The position numbers were made by a program, and so were the translations under genes. A DNA stretch of 64,000 nucleotides from an uncultured Planctomycetaceae bacterium (GTDB lineage Bacteria > Planctomycetota > Planctomycetia > Planctomycetales > Planctomycetaceae), in assembly GCA_963976765.1 (NCBI GenBank), contig CAXBME010000012.1, positions 62,001 through 126,000 of the forward strand, read 5' to 3'. Positions 38,680-48,479 of this stretch are shown piece by piece (position 1 is the first letter of the stretch; every line of letters begins with the position of its first letter). Under the pieces are notes generated by a model. It was given only the letters and a program-made list of their open reading frames with translations. It had not been told where the DNA came from and searched no databases.

Positions 38680-40290
38680 ATGAACTGGTTGTTGCTGTGC
38701 CGCATGCTGGGAATGCTGGGAATGCTTGTGGGCGGGTCGATGGTGTTCAGTCTACCCTGGGCTTTTCCGGTGTTTGGCGAGACTGAAACTTTCGAAGTCA
38801 AAGGTTTTCAGGGAATCGTAGCCTCGCTGGTACTCTGCCTGGTCATCGGCGGCGGTCTGTTTCTGATCGGGCGGCGCGAGACCGGCACGGTGCTCCGCAA
38901 GGAAGCGCTGGCGATTGTCGGTCTCGGCTGGATCCTTTCCGGAGTTCTGGGCAGCCTGCCGTTTCTTCTCTCGGGAGTCAGGCACCACCAGGGAGACGAG
39001 ATAGTTGCGATCAACTTTGCCGATGCAATTTTCGAATCCGTCTCCGGATTCACGACGACCGGCGCGTCGGTACTGACTCATCTGGAAGCTCCGCCGGTCG
39101 GATCAGCTTCCGATGAGTATCCAGAAAAACTGATCCCTCGCTGCGTCATGTTCTGGAGATGCTTCACGCACTGGCTGGGCGGCATGGGCATCATCGTGCT
39201 GTTTGTCGCGGTGCTCGGTCAGCTTGGAGCGGGCGGCAAAGCTCTGATGCGTCATGAAGTTCCCGGCCCGATTTCTGAAACGGTCCGGCCACGAGTCCGT
39301 GAAACTGCCCTCACGATGTGGGCCATCTATGTCGGCCTGAGCGTTGTACTGGCCATTATTTTCTGCTTCGAAGGAATGTCCGTCTTTGACTCGCTGTGCC
39401 ACACGTTCGGAACGATGGCGACTGGAGGCTTCAGCACCTGGAACGCCAGTGTCGGACACTTTCGAAGCCCCACCATCGAATGGACGATCATTGCGTTCAT
39501 GCTGCTGGCAGGAACGAACTTCAACCTTTACTACCTGGCGATTACTCAGAAAACGACATCCGGAAAGGGATCGTGGATTCGATGGTTCGCCCCGTTCTAT
39601 CGCGACCCTGAGTTCCGGCTTTACCTCGCTATTCTGGGGCTCGCGACGTTTCTGCTGACCTTCGGACTCTGGGCCGAGCAGCGGTACGGCACGTTAAGTG
39701 AAGCCGTGCGTCACGCCGCGTTCATGTCGGTGACCATCACGACTACAACAGGGTTTGGCACAGAAGACTACGACCAGTGGAACAGTTTCAGTCGTGCGCT
39801 GCTGTTCGGGCTGATGTTTGTCGGCGGCTGCGCGGGATCAACCGGAGGCGGCATCAAAGTTGTTCGGTTTCTGCTGTTTGCCAGAATCCTCAAGCTGGAG
39901 GCCGAACAGTCTTTCCGCCCTAACGTTGTACGCCCGCTGAGAATTGCTGGTGTGAATCTCGACAAGAATCTTCGTCACGAAGTCATCGTCTATTTCAGCT
40001 TCATGCTGCTGGTTTTCGTGTCGAGTTTTTTAATTCTGACTGCCATTGAACCCGGCGGGCCGTGGGGGCAGACTGACGGTCACAACATTGAACTGATGGA
40101 TTGCGCCAGCGCCGTGGCCGCGACACTCAACAACATCGGCCCGGGTCTGGGAGCTGTCGGACCGACAATGAATTACTCCATGTTCGCTCCACAGAGCAAA
40201 CTGCTGCTTTCTCTGCTGATGCTCGTCGGTCGGCTGGAGCTGTTCGCGATTCTGGTCCTCTTCATGCCGTCGTTCTGGAAGACTCAGTAG
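38680..40290 (+). CDS. trkH: Trk potassium uptake membrane protein
   Basis: [44 protein letters not shown]. Confidence 0.96.
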   Translation: MNWLLLCRMLGMLGMLVGGSMVFSLPWAFPVFGETETFEVKGFQGIVASLVLCLVIGGGLFLIGRRETGTVLRKEALAIVGLGWILSGVLGSLPFLLSGVRHHQGDEIVAINFADAIFESVSGFTTTGASVLTHLEAPPVGSASDEYPEKLIPRCVMFWRCFTHWLGGMGIIVLFVAVLGQLGAGGKALMRHEVPGPISETVRPRVRETALTMWAIYVGLSVVLAIIFCFEGMSVFDSLCHTFGTMATGGFSTWNASVGHFRSPTIEWTIIAFMLLAGTNFNLYYLAITQKTTSGKGSWIRWFAPFYRDPEFRLYLAILGLATFLLTFGLWAEQRYGTLSEAVRHAAFMSVTITTTTGFGTEDYDQWNSFSRALLFGLMFVGGCAGSTGGGIKVVRFLLFARILKLEAEQSFRPNVVRPLRIAGVNLDKNLRHEVIVYFSFMLLVFVSSFLILTAIEPGGPWGQTDGHNIELMDCASAVAATLNNIGPGLGAVGPTMNYSMFAPQSKLLLSLLMLVGRLELFAILVLFMPSFWKTQ

Positions 40291-40312
40291 TCCCTGTCGA
40301 AACCGGGTACCG

Positions 40313-43300
40313 CTACTCAAACCGAACTTCGAGATCAACGATCGTGAACGGGCTGAGATCGACCCGGACGCCATCGCCGTCGATGGGTAATTGAGCAATC
40401 GTCTGACCACGAAAGTCTCTCAACCGGGCTGAAGTCGGCGTTCTGAAAAACGCGACGTTCGCGCCTGCGTACTGCCCTTCCGTTTCCTGAAGACGCAGTG
40501 CAAAACCGACTCCGGCTGGAGCTTCTGACTGAGTCAGTTCAACCGGACGTCGGTCGTCGCTGTGCTGGTAACTGGACGAGTCCTCGTTCTCCGGATTCTC
40601 CGATTCAATCGTCAGCGGTTCGGCCATGAGTCCCAGGACACGCGACACCTGAATGCAGCGGGAATCGATGTTGTAGAACCAGCCTGTCTGCCCCGCTCGC
40701 GGCGGGCCCGTCTGAGTTCGGATCGGCACCACGGGAGTCAGCAGATCTCGAGCGGCCTGCATGGGATAATTCTGGTCGACAGCGATGGCGAATTTGAACT
40801 TTCTTTCGGACTCACCTTCCGCAATCAGCAACGAGTCGATCATGCGCGGTCCGGTCTTTCGATGGAAAGGCAGCCCCATCGGAAGGATCGTTGTGCGAGC
40901 TTCCTCGGATGCAATTTCGATGTAGTCGAGCGTTTCGATGCGCTGCATCTCGATCGGTCGAGCGGCACCTGAGATGGAATGTGAAATCGCCGCGGTTCCG
41001 TCGTTCCACGCGAATCGAGCCCCGTAGAAACAGCCCCACGGATCACCTTCCGGCTTCTTCTGCAGGTCAATCAGTTCGATCTCCAGTTCGAGAAACGGTC
41101 GACCTCGCCACACTCGAAATGTCTGACGGAAGCCTGACAGCACGGCCTGAGTCGACGGGTCGATGATTTCGCCCGTGGTCACGATTTCGCCGCATGACGG
41201 CCCGGCACAGGTAACCTCAACATGGCGACACCGCATCTCGGAATAGAATGTTTTTTCTTCAACGAATTCGCCGTCCGCATCCTGTCGCTTGAGTGTCAGC
41301 TCGCGGGCAAAGCGAAACGCCAGTTGCTGACTGAGTCGATTCGGGCTGCGACCATGCTTTTTCAACCGCTGCAATCCACCAGTCGACTCGTTGACGTAGA
41401 CTTCGAAAAACTCGTTCTGCAAACGCAACCCTTCAGCAAGCAGTCCCTTCGATGAGTCCGTTGGGCTTTCACCGTCCGGAATCCACGCGAAACCAGCCGC
41501 CGGAATCTCGACGAGAGCCTGTCGCCGCGTTCGATCAAACTGCAAAGACTTTACCGGCCCTGCGATGGCTGGAACTTTGCTCGTCTCATTCTCCTGGCCG
41601 GACGCCAGATCGACGACTACTCGCCGAGGAAACGAAAGAGTGTTGATGCACAACCAGCCCGACCGAGCCTCAGCGCCGTGCATGATAATCCGAGCCAGCT
41701 TCTCCTCAGCCTTTGTCTGATAAGTGCCCAGCAGTTCTTCGGCAGCAGCGACTACCTCGTCAGGCGAGTCCGCTCCGGATTCATAAACATCGGGCCCGGC
41801 ATTTTCGAGTTCGGCCAGCAGGTTCGCTGCCGCCGTATCGTTCACCGCCCGCCCCATTAACGCATCGCCAATTCCCGACTGCCATGCTGCTGCTTCGAAC
41901 TGCGCAACCCGTTGCGTGTGATTCCGAAAACGCGTGATCGGGCACGCTTCTCTTCGAGCAACGGCCTGCACAAAAAACGGCGACAGATATTGCTTTGTGT
42001 CGTGATGCCAGCCGCCGCCGTGATCGTCTGAGTTTAGAAAGTACTCTTCGAACGTCACGAAGCGACCAAGCACCGGCGCGTACTTCTGAGTGCGACGCAG
42101 GTCTTCAAAAAATGGACACTTCGTTTCCGGCCAGCGAGCAAGGGCCAGCGCGGCAACATGATCCGACTCCATTGTCTCGGCCATTCGCTCGGGAAATCGG
42201 AGCCAGGTCGAGGCCGAATCTGCCGCGAGAGGAATTCTGGAGTAAGCATCGACGGCGCTCCCGTCGCACGCTTCCCACCTCATGCGGCTTTGCTCGCGAT
42301 CGGGGTAAATTCCGTCATCGAGTAGAAAATGAAGTCCCGAATGGAAACCGAACTTCTGTAACAACTGCGGCAGCATCGGGGACAATCCATAACGCCGGCG
42401 CCCCCAGGTGGTCGGCTCACGCTGGAAAAGCTCTTGAAACACGGCACGTCCGCGCTGTAGATCGAGTATCGATGATTCGATCGGAACCAGCGGAGCAGCC
42501 AGTTCATGAAGATCGCCGCCGGCCACGTCAGCGCGACCTTCGTCCCATGCCTTCTTCAGAAGCTCCACGGACTCCGGATCAGACTCAGCCATCTCTTTGG
42601 CATCCAGTGCTCTCAGCAGGAAGTTGACTGGAGTTTCCTCGGCGAGCACTGGTTTCAGCTTTTCGCCAGCCATGTCCGGCGCCAACAGACAGAGGTCAAG
42701 CAAGTAGCAGTCCACAGGAAAGAATCGTTCGCGTGCTTCCAGCAGCAGCTCGTATGAACCACGCAGCGCGATCTCGACGCCGCTTTCGTCTCCCTTCACG
42801 GCATCCCTCGCCGCTGCCACGAGCGTCTTTTCAAAGAAGACTTCGTCGTAGCTGTTGAAATGGTGCATGTGCCGAGTCAGCAGCTCCATCAGAATCCAGC
42901 AGGTTCCCAGGGCATGAAAGTCCGCCACAATTTCCGCCGGAATCTCACAGAGAGACTGCTCTGAAGCGGGCTTGTCAGCCAACTCGCCTGACGTATCAGT
43001 CAACTTTTCAATGTCGGCAGTTTCGGAACAGGCATCGCCAGCCGGTCCCGTGCCGTTGAGTCCGGCCAGCGCGGCAGCCACCATTTTCGCTCGGCAATGC
43101 AGGCCGGAAACAACGACCGCCCCCTGCTCTCTGGCAAGGTTTACCCAGCCAGCCGGCAACTGATCGTCGCAGGCCGTCGGAACAATGATGAGTGAACCAT
43201 CGACGTCGGTCGTCGGCTCGTCCGCGCGGTGCCAGGCTGGCATCAGCCCCGTTGACGCGATCAATCTCGGATGAAACGCTACCGAAAAAGCATTCAGCAG

Positions 43301-43387
43301 GCTCTCCGCGCGCTTGTCGCTAAGTTCTGTCGGAAAATCTTCCAGGCTATGACTTGGAATCAGTACGACGACCTTCTGATATGCCAT
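40313..43387 (-). CDS. Large hypothetical protein with GH38 (alpha-mannosidase)-like architecture
   Basis: YGLSPMLPQLL..FGF, RWEACDGS.V, NTLSFPR, EIPAAGF, LQNEFFEV.V...TGGL, LRLQETEG resemble GH38 N/middle/C motifs. Confidence 0.7.
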   Translation of the reverse strand: MAYQKVVVLIPSHSLEDFPTELSDKRAESLLNAFSVAFHPRLIASTGLMPAWHRADEPTTDVDGSLIIVPTACDDQLPAGWVNLAREQGAVVVSGLHCRAKMVAAALAGLNGTGPAGDACSETADIEKLTDTSGELADKPASEQSLCEIPAEIVADFHALGTCWILMELLTRHMHHFNSYDEVFFEKTLVAAARDAVKGDESGVEIALRGSYELLLEARERFFPVDCYLLDLCLLAPDMAGEKLKPVLAEETPVNFLLRALDAKEMAESDPESVELLKKAWDEGRADVAGGDLHELAAPLVPIESSILDLQRGRAVFQELFQREPTTWGRRRYGLSPMLPQLLQKFGFHSGLHFLLDDGIYPDREQSRMRWEACDGSAVDAYSRIPLAADSASTWLRFPERMAETMESDHVAALALARWPETKCPFFEDLRRTQKYAPVLGRFVTFEEYFLNSDDHGGGWHHDTKQYLSPFFVQAVARREACPITRFRNHTQRVAQFEAAAWQSGIGDALMGRAVNDTAAANLLAELENAGPDVYESGADSPDEVVAAAEELLGTYQTKAEEKLARIIMHGAEARSGWLCINTLSFPRRVVVDLASGQENETSKVPAIAGPVKSLQFDRTRRQALVEIPAAGFAWIPDGESPTDSSKGLLAEGLRLQNEFFEVYVNESTGGLQRLKKHGRSPNRLSQQLAFRFARELTLKRQDADGEFVEEKTFYSEMRCRHVEVTCAGPSCGEIVTTGEIIDPSTQAVLSGFRQTFRVWRGRPFLELEIELIDLQKKPEGDPWGCFYGARFAWNDGTAAISHSISGAARPIEMQRIETLDYIEIASEEARTTILPMGLPFHRKTGPRMIDSLLIAEGESERKFKFAIAVDQNYPMQAARDLLTPVVPIRTQTGPPRAGQTGWFYNIDSRCIQVSRVLGLMAEPLTIESENPENEDSSSYQHSDDRRPVELTQSEAPAGVGFALRLQETEGQYAGANVAFFRTPTSARLRDFRGQTIAQLPIDGDGVRVDLSPFTIVDLEVRFE

Positions 43388-43708
43388 TTTGCTCACTCAA
43401 CGTCAACTTGTTGCCACATTTGCCAGTACGGATACTCAGACGCCTGAATCGTCACGGGCTAATCGTCTCTTTGCGCCGACCGCATCCGGGAATTGGTTCC
43501 GACGACATGAGGATTTGACCGACTCAGAGCGTTCATCCGCAACTGACCAGCCAGATTGAGCAGGGAAATTGGCGGATGTGACGACGCAAGGATGGGGCAA
43601 GCCACCACAATGGCGGCACTGAGCCTCAGAAAAATACCGTTGAGTCCGGCTCCCGGCTTATTGAAGTTCCCGTCTCAACCTTTGCATTTGACCGGAATTT
43701 TAAATCAA

Positions 43709-43755
43709 TTTCTAAAACAGAACGGTCTGTAACCTGTTTAGAAAAAGGCAGTTAC
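43709..43755. promoter_or_regulatory. Overlapping dyads in the divergent GH38-like/pilM intergenic region
   Basis: TTTCTAAAACAG...CTGTTTAGAAA (43709-43744) and GTAAC-N17-GTTAC (43729-43755). Confidence 0.4.
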
Positions 43756-44334
43756 GGCACAGCAATGTTTGCATTGCAATTTTCTTCGGATAATTTGAAA
43801 TCTTCCTGGAACTAATTCGCCTGGGAACCCCTCTCACTGCTTCGTTCCGTCTGGTAGTTGGGGTCTGTTTCGAAACCGGCAATTCTTCCGACATCCCGGA
43901 CGTCCTGTTTTCAACTCAGCTCGCACCTTGATTGACGGCTTTCCGATTGACTGGTTCCTGAAAAATTCGCGGCATGGCGTCGCGGCAAGAGAGTTGAATG
44001 TGAATTACTGACTGTTCCGGTTTGTCTCGAAGGTGTCAGAAGCCGGCGGGTGATACAGACGTCAGAATCGACAATCATTGTGCGGTTTCTTTATCCTTGA
44101 TGACTGCTAAACTCCTGTGGTAGCTTCAGTTCGGTAAACTCTTTCATCTCATTTCACTTTGTTTCTTTACCGGCTGACGACCTCATTCACGCAGCTCTAC
44201 TCACGAATTGCATGGCTGCGAAAGTCGCTGACTGAAATACGACACTTCTATTCAGGTTCATCTCGTCGCAGAGAATTCTCTCTGAACAACACCTGATCCC
44301 GGTGCATCTTCTGACATTCTTCAGGAAGTCCATC

Positions 44335-46524
44335 ATGGCAGAAAACAGAGCAGTCTGGGGAATCGATATTGGTCAGGCAGGACTGAAAGCTGTCCGCCTG
44401 AAGTACGCCGCTCAGGCCGAGCAGGTGCTGGCCGTCGCGTATGACTACATCCCGCATCCCAAGATTCTAAGCCAACCAGACGCGATTCCTCGCGAGCTGA
44501 TCAAGCAGGCTCTGGAAACATTCCTTTCGCGCAACGACGTGACGGGGGATCTGGTCGCGATCAGCCTTCCAGGCCATTCTGCGCTGGCACGATTCATCCA
44601 GCTGCCGCCGGTCGAAAGCAGCAAGGTCGCCGACGTCGTCAAGTACGAAGCTCGTCAGCAGATTCCTTTTGCTCTCGAAGATGTGATCTGGGATTTCCAG
44701 ACGCTCGGCGGCGGTATCGAAGAAAGCGGCTTCATGCTGGGGGCGGAAGTCGGCCTCTTCGCGATGAAGACCGAGCAGGTTTACGAAGCGCTGCGACCGT
44801 TCACGGAAGCGAAAGTCGAAGTCGAAGTTGTACAGATCGCTCCGTTGGCACTCTACAATTTTTACTGCTACGACACGCTGGGAGTCCGCCCGACAACGGA
44901 AGATGAATTCGTCGCCCCGGATGAGCACACCATTATGCTCGACATGGGGACGGACAATACGACGCTGGTCGTTTCGAACGGCGAAAAGATCTGGATCCGC
45001 AACGTACCGGTCGGTGGTAACCACTTCACTCGTGCACTTACCAAAGAGATGAAGCTGACGTTCGCCAAAGCCGAACATCTTAAATGCAACGCTACCAAGT
45101 CTCCGGATCCGCGAGCCGTTTTCCAGGCATTGCGTCCAGTCTTCAACGACTACGTTTCGGAAATTCAGCGATCGATCGGCTACTTCTCCAGCGTGAATCG
45201 CGATGCAAAGATTTCAAAGATCATCGGCGTTGGAAATGGTTTCAAGCTGGCCGGCCTGCAGAAGTTTCTGCAGCAGAATCTGCAGTACGACGTCGAACGG
45301 GTCGAGACCTTCGACGCAGTGGTTGGCGATACCGTCCTGAACGCTCCGGTCTTTCAGGAAAACATTATGACCTTTGCAGTGCCGTACGGTCTGGCATTGC
45401 AGGCCCTGAAACTGACGAAGCTTCGTACCACGCTGCTGCCCAAGGAAATCGCTGTCGCCCGCAAAATCCGTCGGAAGAAGCCGTGGGCTGTCGCCACCGC
45501 TGCAACAGTGCTTTGCGGCCTGGCCACTTCAGTGGCTGGCTATGCCAACGCTGCGGCCAAGGTCAACAAAGTCCGATTTGGCGAAGTCGAAAGTGCTGCG
45601 GACTCTTTCAAAAGCTCCTTGAACAGTGGCCAGAGCACTTATGAAGGCGCACGTGGCACACACAACGCCCTCGTCGAAAAAGGTACTCACCTGGTGAGCT
45701 ATCTGGATAAACGTGAGCTTTGGGCTGAGTTGTATCGCGGACTTAACGAGGCTCTTCCAAGACCAGTCGGCCTTCAACTCGACGAAAAAGACCTGACAAA
45801 GATGCCTCGGATCAATATCCGCAGCATTACCGCTCAACGATATGCTGATCTTAAAACCTGGTTTGACGGATTACGTGAGCAGGACAAGACGTTCCTGACT
45901 GAAGCAGAAAAAGCAGCCGGACCATCGGGTGAGGGTTACGTCATCACGCTGATGGGTGAGCATTACTATGCACCGCCTGACGTTCGTGATCGTGGGATTA
46001 TCTTTGTCCGTGATACGCTGGTCGAGAACCTGCGTAAGCCGTTCATCAAGCAGGGCGATAATTTCGTGGGGCCAGTCCCGGTTGCCGTTCTTGGGATTTC
46101 TCACCCGGTGATTACTGACAACCCACCTCCTGTGAAGGTTGAACTCTACGAGAACGGTATCCCTAAAACGGGTGACAGTCCTCAGGGAGGATTCAGGCCG
46201 GGCTTGCCACGACCAGGTTTGCCACAACCCGGTGCCGGCCCAGTTCAACCAGGGACAGGTTCGAATCTTCTCGAACCGGAATTCACTCTCATCGAGCGGA
46301 CTACCTTCACTCTTCAGTTCGCCTGGAAACCGACTCAGGAAAAGGATCGTGTTATTCCGGAAGCTCCGGCTCCCGCGACTGAAGGAATCTCGCCGGGAAT
46401 TCAGCCGGGCAGTGTCGGTAATCCCGGCAGCGTTCCAACGGGTGTCGTTTCTGGAAATGCAGCTCCGGGGAGCGTCGCGCCCGAAGCTGCACCGACAGAA
46501 TCCGGACCAGCACTTGGACAGTAA
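44335..46524 (+). CDS. pilM: Type IV pilus assembly protein PilM fused to a PilN-like domain
   Basis: WGIDIG, ARFIQLPPV, EARQQIPF, LDMG, GGNHFT, EIQRSIGYF; then TTLLP, a basic stretch and a TM. Confidence 0.9.
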   Translation: MAENRAVWGIDIGQAGLKAVRLKYAAQAEQVLAVAYDYIPHPKILSQPDAIPRELIKQALETFLSRNDVTGDLVAISLPGHSALARFIQLPPVESSKVADVVKYEARQQIPFALEDVIWDFQTLGGGIEESGFMLGAEVGLFAMKTEQVYEALRPFTEAKVEVEVVQIAPLALYNFYCYDTLGVRPTTEDEFVAPDEHTIMLDMGTDNTTLVVSNGEKIWIRNVPVGGNHFTRALTKEMKLTFAKAEHLKCNATKSPDPRAVFQALRPVFNDYVSEIQRSIGYFSSVNRDAKISKIIGVGNGFKLAGLQKFLQQNLQYDVERVETFDAVVGDTVLNAPVFQENIMTFAVPYGLALQALKLTKLRTTLLPKEIAVARKIRRKKPWAVATAATVLCGLATSVAGYANAAAKVNKVRFGEVESAADSFKSSLNSGQSTYEGARGTHNALVEKGTHLVSYLDKRELWAELYRGLNEALPRPVGLQLDEKDLTKMPRINIRSITAQRYADLKTWFDGLREQDKTFLTEAEKAAGPSGEGYVITLMGEHYYAPPDVRDRGIIFVRDTLVENLRKPFIKQGDNFVGPVPVAVLGISHPVITDNPPPVKVELYENGIPKTGDSPQGGFRPGLPRPGLPQPGAGPVQPGTGSNLLEPEFTLIERTTFTLQFAWKPTQEKDRVIPEAPAPATEGISPGIQPGSVGNPGSVPTGVVSGNAAPGSVAPEAAPTESGPALGQ

Positions 46525-46589
46525 TTTGCAGTTCGTAAGACAACGATCTCTCCCAGGCAGCACCAACATTTCCTTCAGAAGAACGAGGC

Positions 46590-48371
46590 ATGGCCATGGA
46601 TAAGCTACAGCCAATTATTAAGCACCACTTCTGGATCGTATTCCTGGTCGCTGTGTTGCTGCCGCCGGTTGCCTGGTGGATGACGACTGGCGAACTCGCT
46701 GCGGAAATCAGTGACAGAACCTCGTCACTCGATAACACTTTCAGCGGTATTGCCAGCGGACAGAACGCTCCAAACCAGGATTGGGCCGACGGAGTCAATC
46801 AACTGATTTCCATCCGGACTCAAGCTAACCAGTTGGCTCTGGATCGACTGTGGCAGGCTCAAACTGACCTGATGGTGTGGCCGCCGGTTGTTGCAGAGTA
46901 TATGAATGCTTGCCCCTACCGGGGCGAACTGGATGATGTGCGGATGAAACAGGTTCTTCCGGCGATGTACCGTGACGGTTACGATCGCGACGTTCGTCGA
47001 GTCTGGCATATTCCAGAACCGATCGATGATGGAAAAACGCGAGTCGACGCCAATGCAAAGCAGAAAGTCGTCTTCCCGTACTCCGCGTTGCCCCGCATTC
47101 CGGCATCAAAATGGGAAGGTCTGCCGCCAACGTGGCAGGAGATCTGGAATGCGCAGGAAGATCTGTGGCTCCTGGGCGAGGTGCTTGCCGCGGTCCGTCG
47201 AACCAACGACAGCACGTCGTCAATCACTGACTCATACGTCAAACAAATCATGCAGGTTCAACTGTTTGGTGGTACGAAGGCCGCAGCCCCTTCGTCATCT
47301 GGCAGCACGGCTGGTACTTCTGGCTACCCAGGGATGGCCCCAGGATATCCGGGTATGGCTCCCGGAATGCCTGGTGGAGCGGGACGACGAGGAGGAACTT
47401 CAGCTCTGTCAAAGCCTGCTGAGTTTCTAATCAGTGAAGAGTATGAAGTGGCCTCTTCCGGTGGAATCACCACCTCATCGTATATGAATGAAGAAGGAAG
47501 TAACTCAGGTGGTGGCGCGACGACGGCTTCTGACCCTAACAGCGACGAGAACCGATACGTTCAATCAGAAGAAGCCTACAGAACTCGCGGCTTCAAGCTC
47601 AAAGTTGCCATCGACCAGATGCAGGTTCCAACGTTAATTCGAGAGCTGTTGAATTCTCAGTACCCGATCGAAGTCATTCGATTTCAACAATCTGCAATGA
47701 ACCCCGAAGAACCTGGCAAGCCCACATCAAGACGCGCGGGATACCCTGGCTCGAACTCGCTGGCTGGTATGAACTCCGGATATCCCGGTTCAGAGACCGA
47801 GTCTTACCCAACGGAGTCTGAAGGAAGCTCACTGGAAAGCTACTCTGAGGAGACCTTCGGATTTGACGGCGAGGGTGCTGGCACTGGAGCCGATGCACTG
47901 TCAGGCAAGTCCTACACTGTCCCTGCTATCGCCAACGTTCAGGCCTCTCTCGAAGACAGAGATCTGGTCGAACTTGTAGTGATCGGCGAGATCTACATTT
48001 ATAACCCGCCAGCAGTTGACGAATCAGCAGTCTCGTCTGAGAACTCTGGCCAGATGGCCGACTCCGCCACAACTTCAGGTGCTCCTCAGGTTACAGACAC
48101 AGGTGTAGACGGACCGGCGGTTCCAGTTGAGACGACAACGGTTGCACCGGCAGCTTCGGTCGTACCTGGGAACGATGCCGCAACTCCAGCAACGTCGTCG
48201 GCGCTCGGCGCAAGCGACGTTCCAGAAACGCCAGGAACCAGTGACGCGACAGCTCCTGACAACGCTGAGGTAACTGGCGAAAGCTCATCAACCGATTCGT
48301 CAGATGCAGCGACAACAGTCTCTGCACCAACTGACGAAGCGTCGCCTCCGAGCAGCACTGAGTCACCGTGA
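46590..48371 (+). CDS. Hypothetical membrane-anchored protein in the pil operon (PilO position), GYPG repeats
   Basis: N-terminal TM, AQEDLW motif, low-complexity acidic tail; directly after pilM. Confidence 0.7.
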   Translation: MAMDKLQPIIKHHFWIVFLVAVLLPPVAWWMTTGELAAEISDRTSSLDNTFSGIASGQNAPNQDWADGVNQLISIRTQANQLALDRLWQAQTDLMVWPPVVAEYMNACPYRGELDDVRMKQVLPAMYRDGYDRDVRRVWHIPEPIDDGKTRVDANAKQKVVFPYSALPRIPASKWEGLPPTWQEIWNAQEDLWLLGEVLAAVRRTNDSTSSITDSYVKQIMQVQLFGGTKAAAPSSSGSTAGTSGYPGMAPGYPGMAPGMPGGAGRRGGTSALSKPAEFLISEEYEVASSGGITTSSYMNEEGSNSGGGATTASDPNSDENRYVQSEEAYRTRGFKLKVAIDQMQVPTLIRELLNSQYPIEVIRFQQSAMNPEEPGKPTSRRAGYPGSNSLAGMNSGYPGSETESYPTESEGSSLESYSEETFGFDGEGAGTGADALSGKSYTVPAIANVQASLEDRDLVELVVIGEIYIYNPPAVDESAVSSENSGQMADSATTSGAPQVTDTGVDGPAVPVETTTVAPAASVVPGNDAATPATSSALGASDVPETPGTSDATAPDNAEVTGESSSTDSSDAATTVSAPTDEASPPSSTESP

Positions 48372-48479
48372 TTTTGACGGTGATTCAGTTTCCGGTTCGA
48401 CGCACCGCGACAAATTTCAACGTTCATTTACGACCACACAGAATCCCGTTCGCTTCAGAAGCAGCATAGGGAGATTGCC

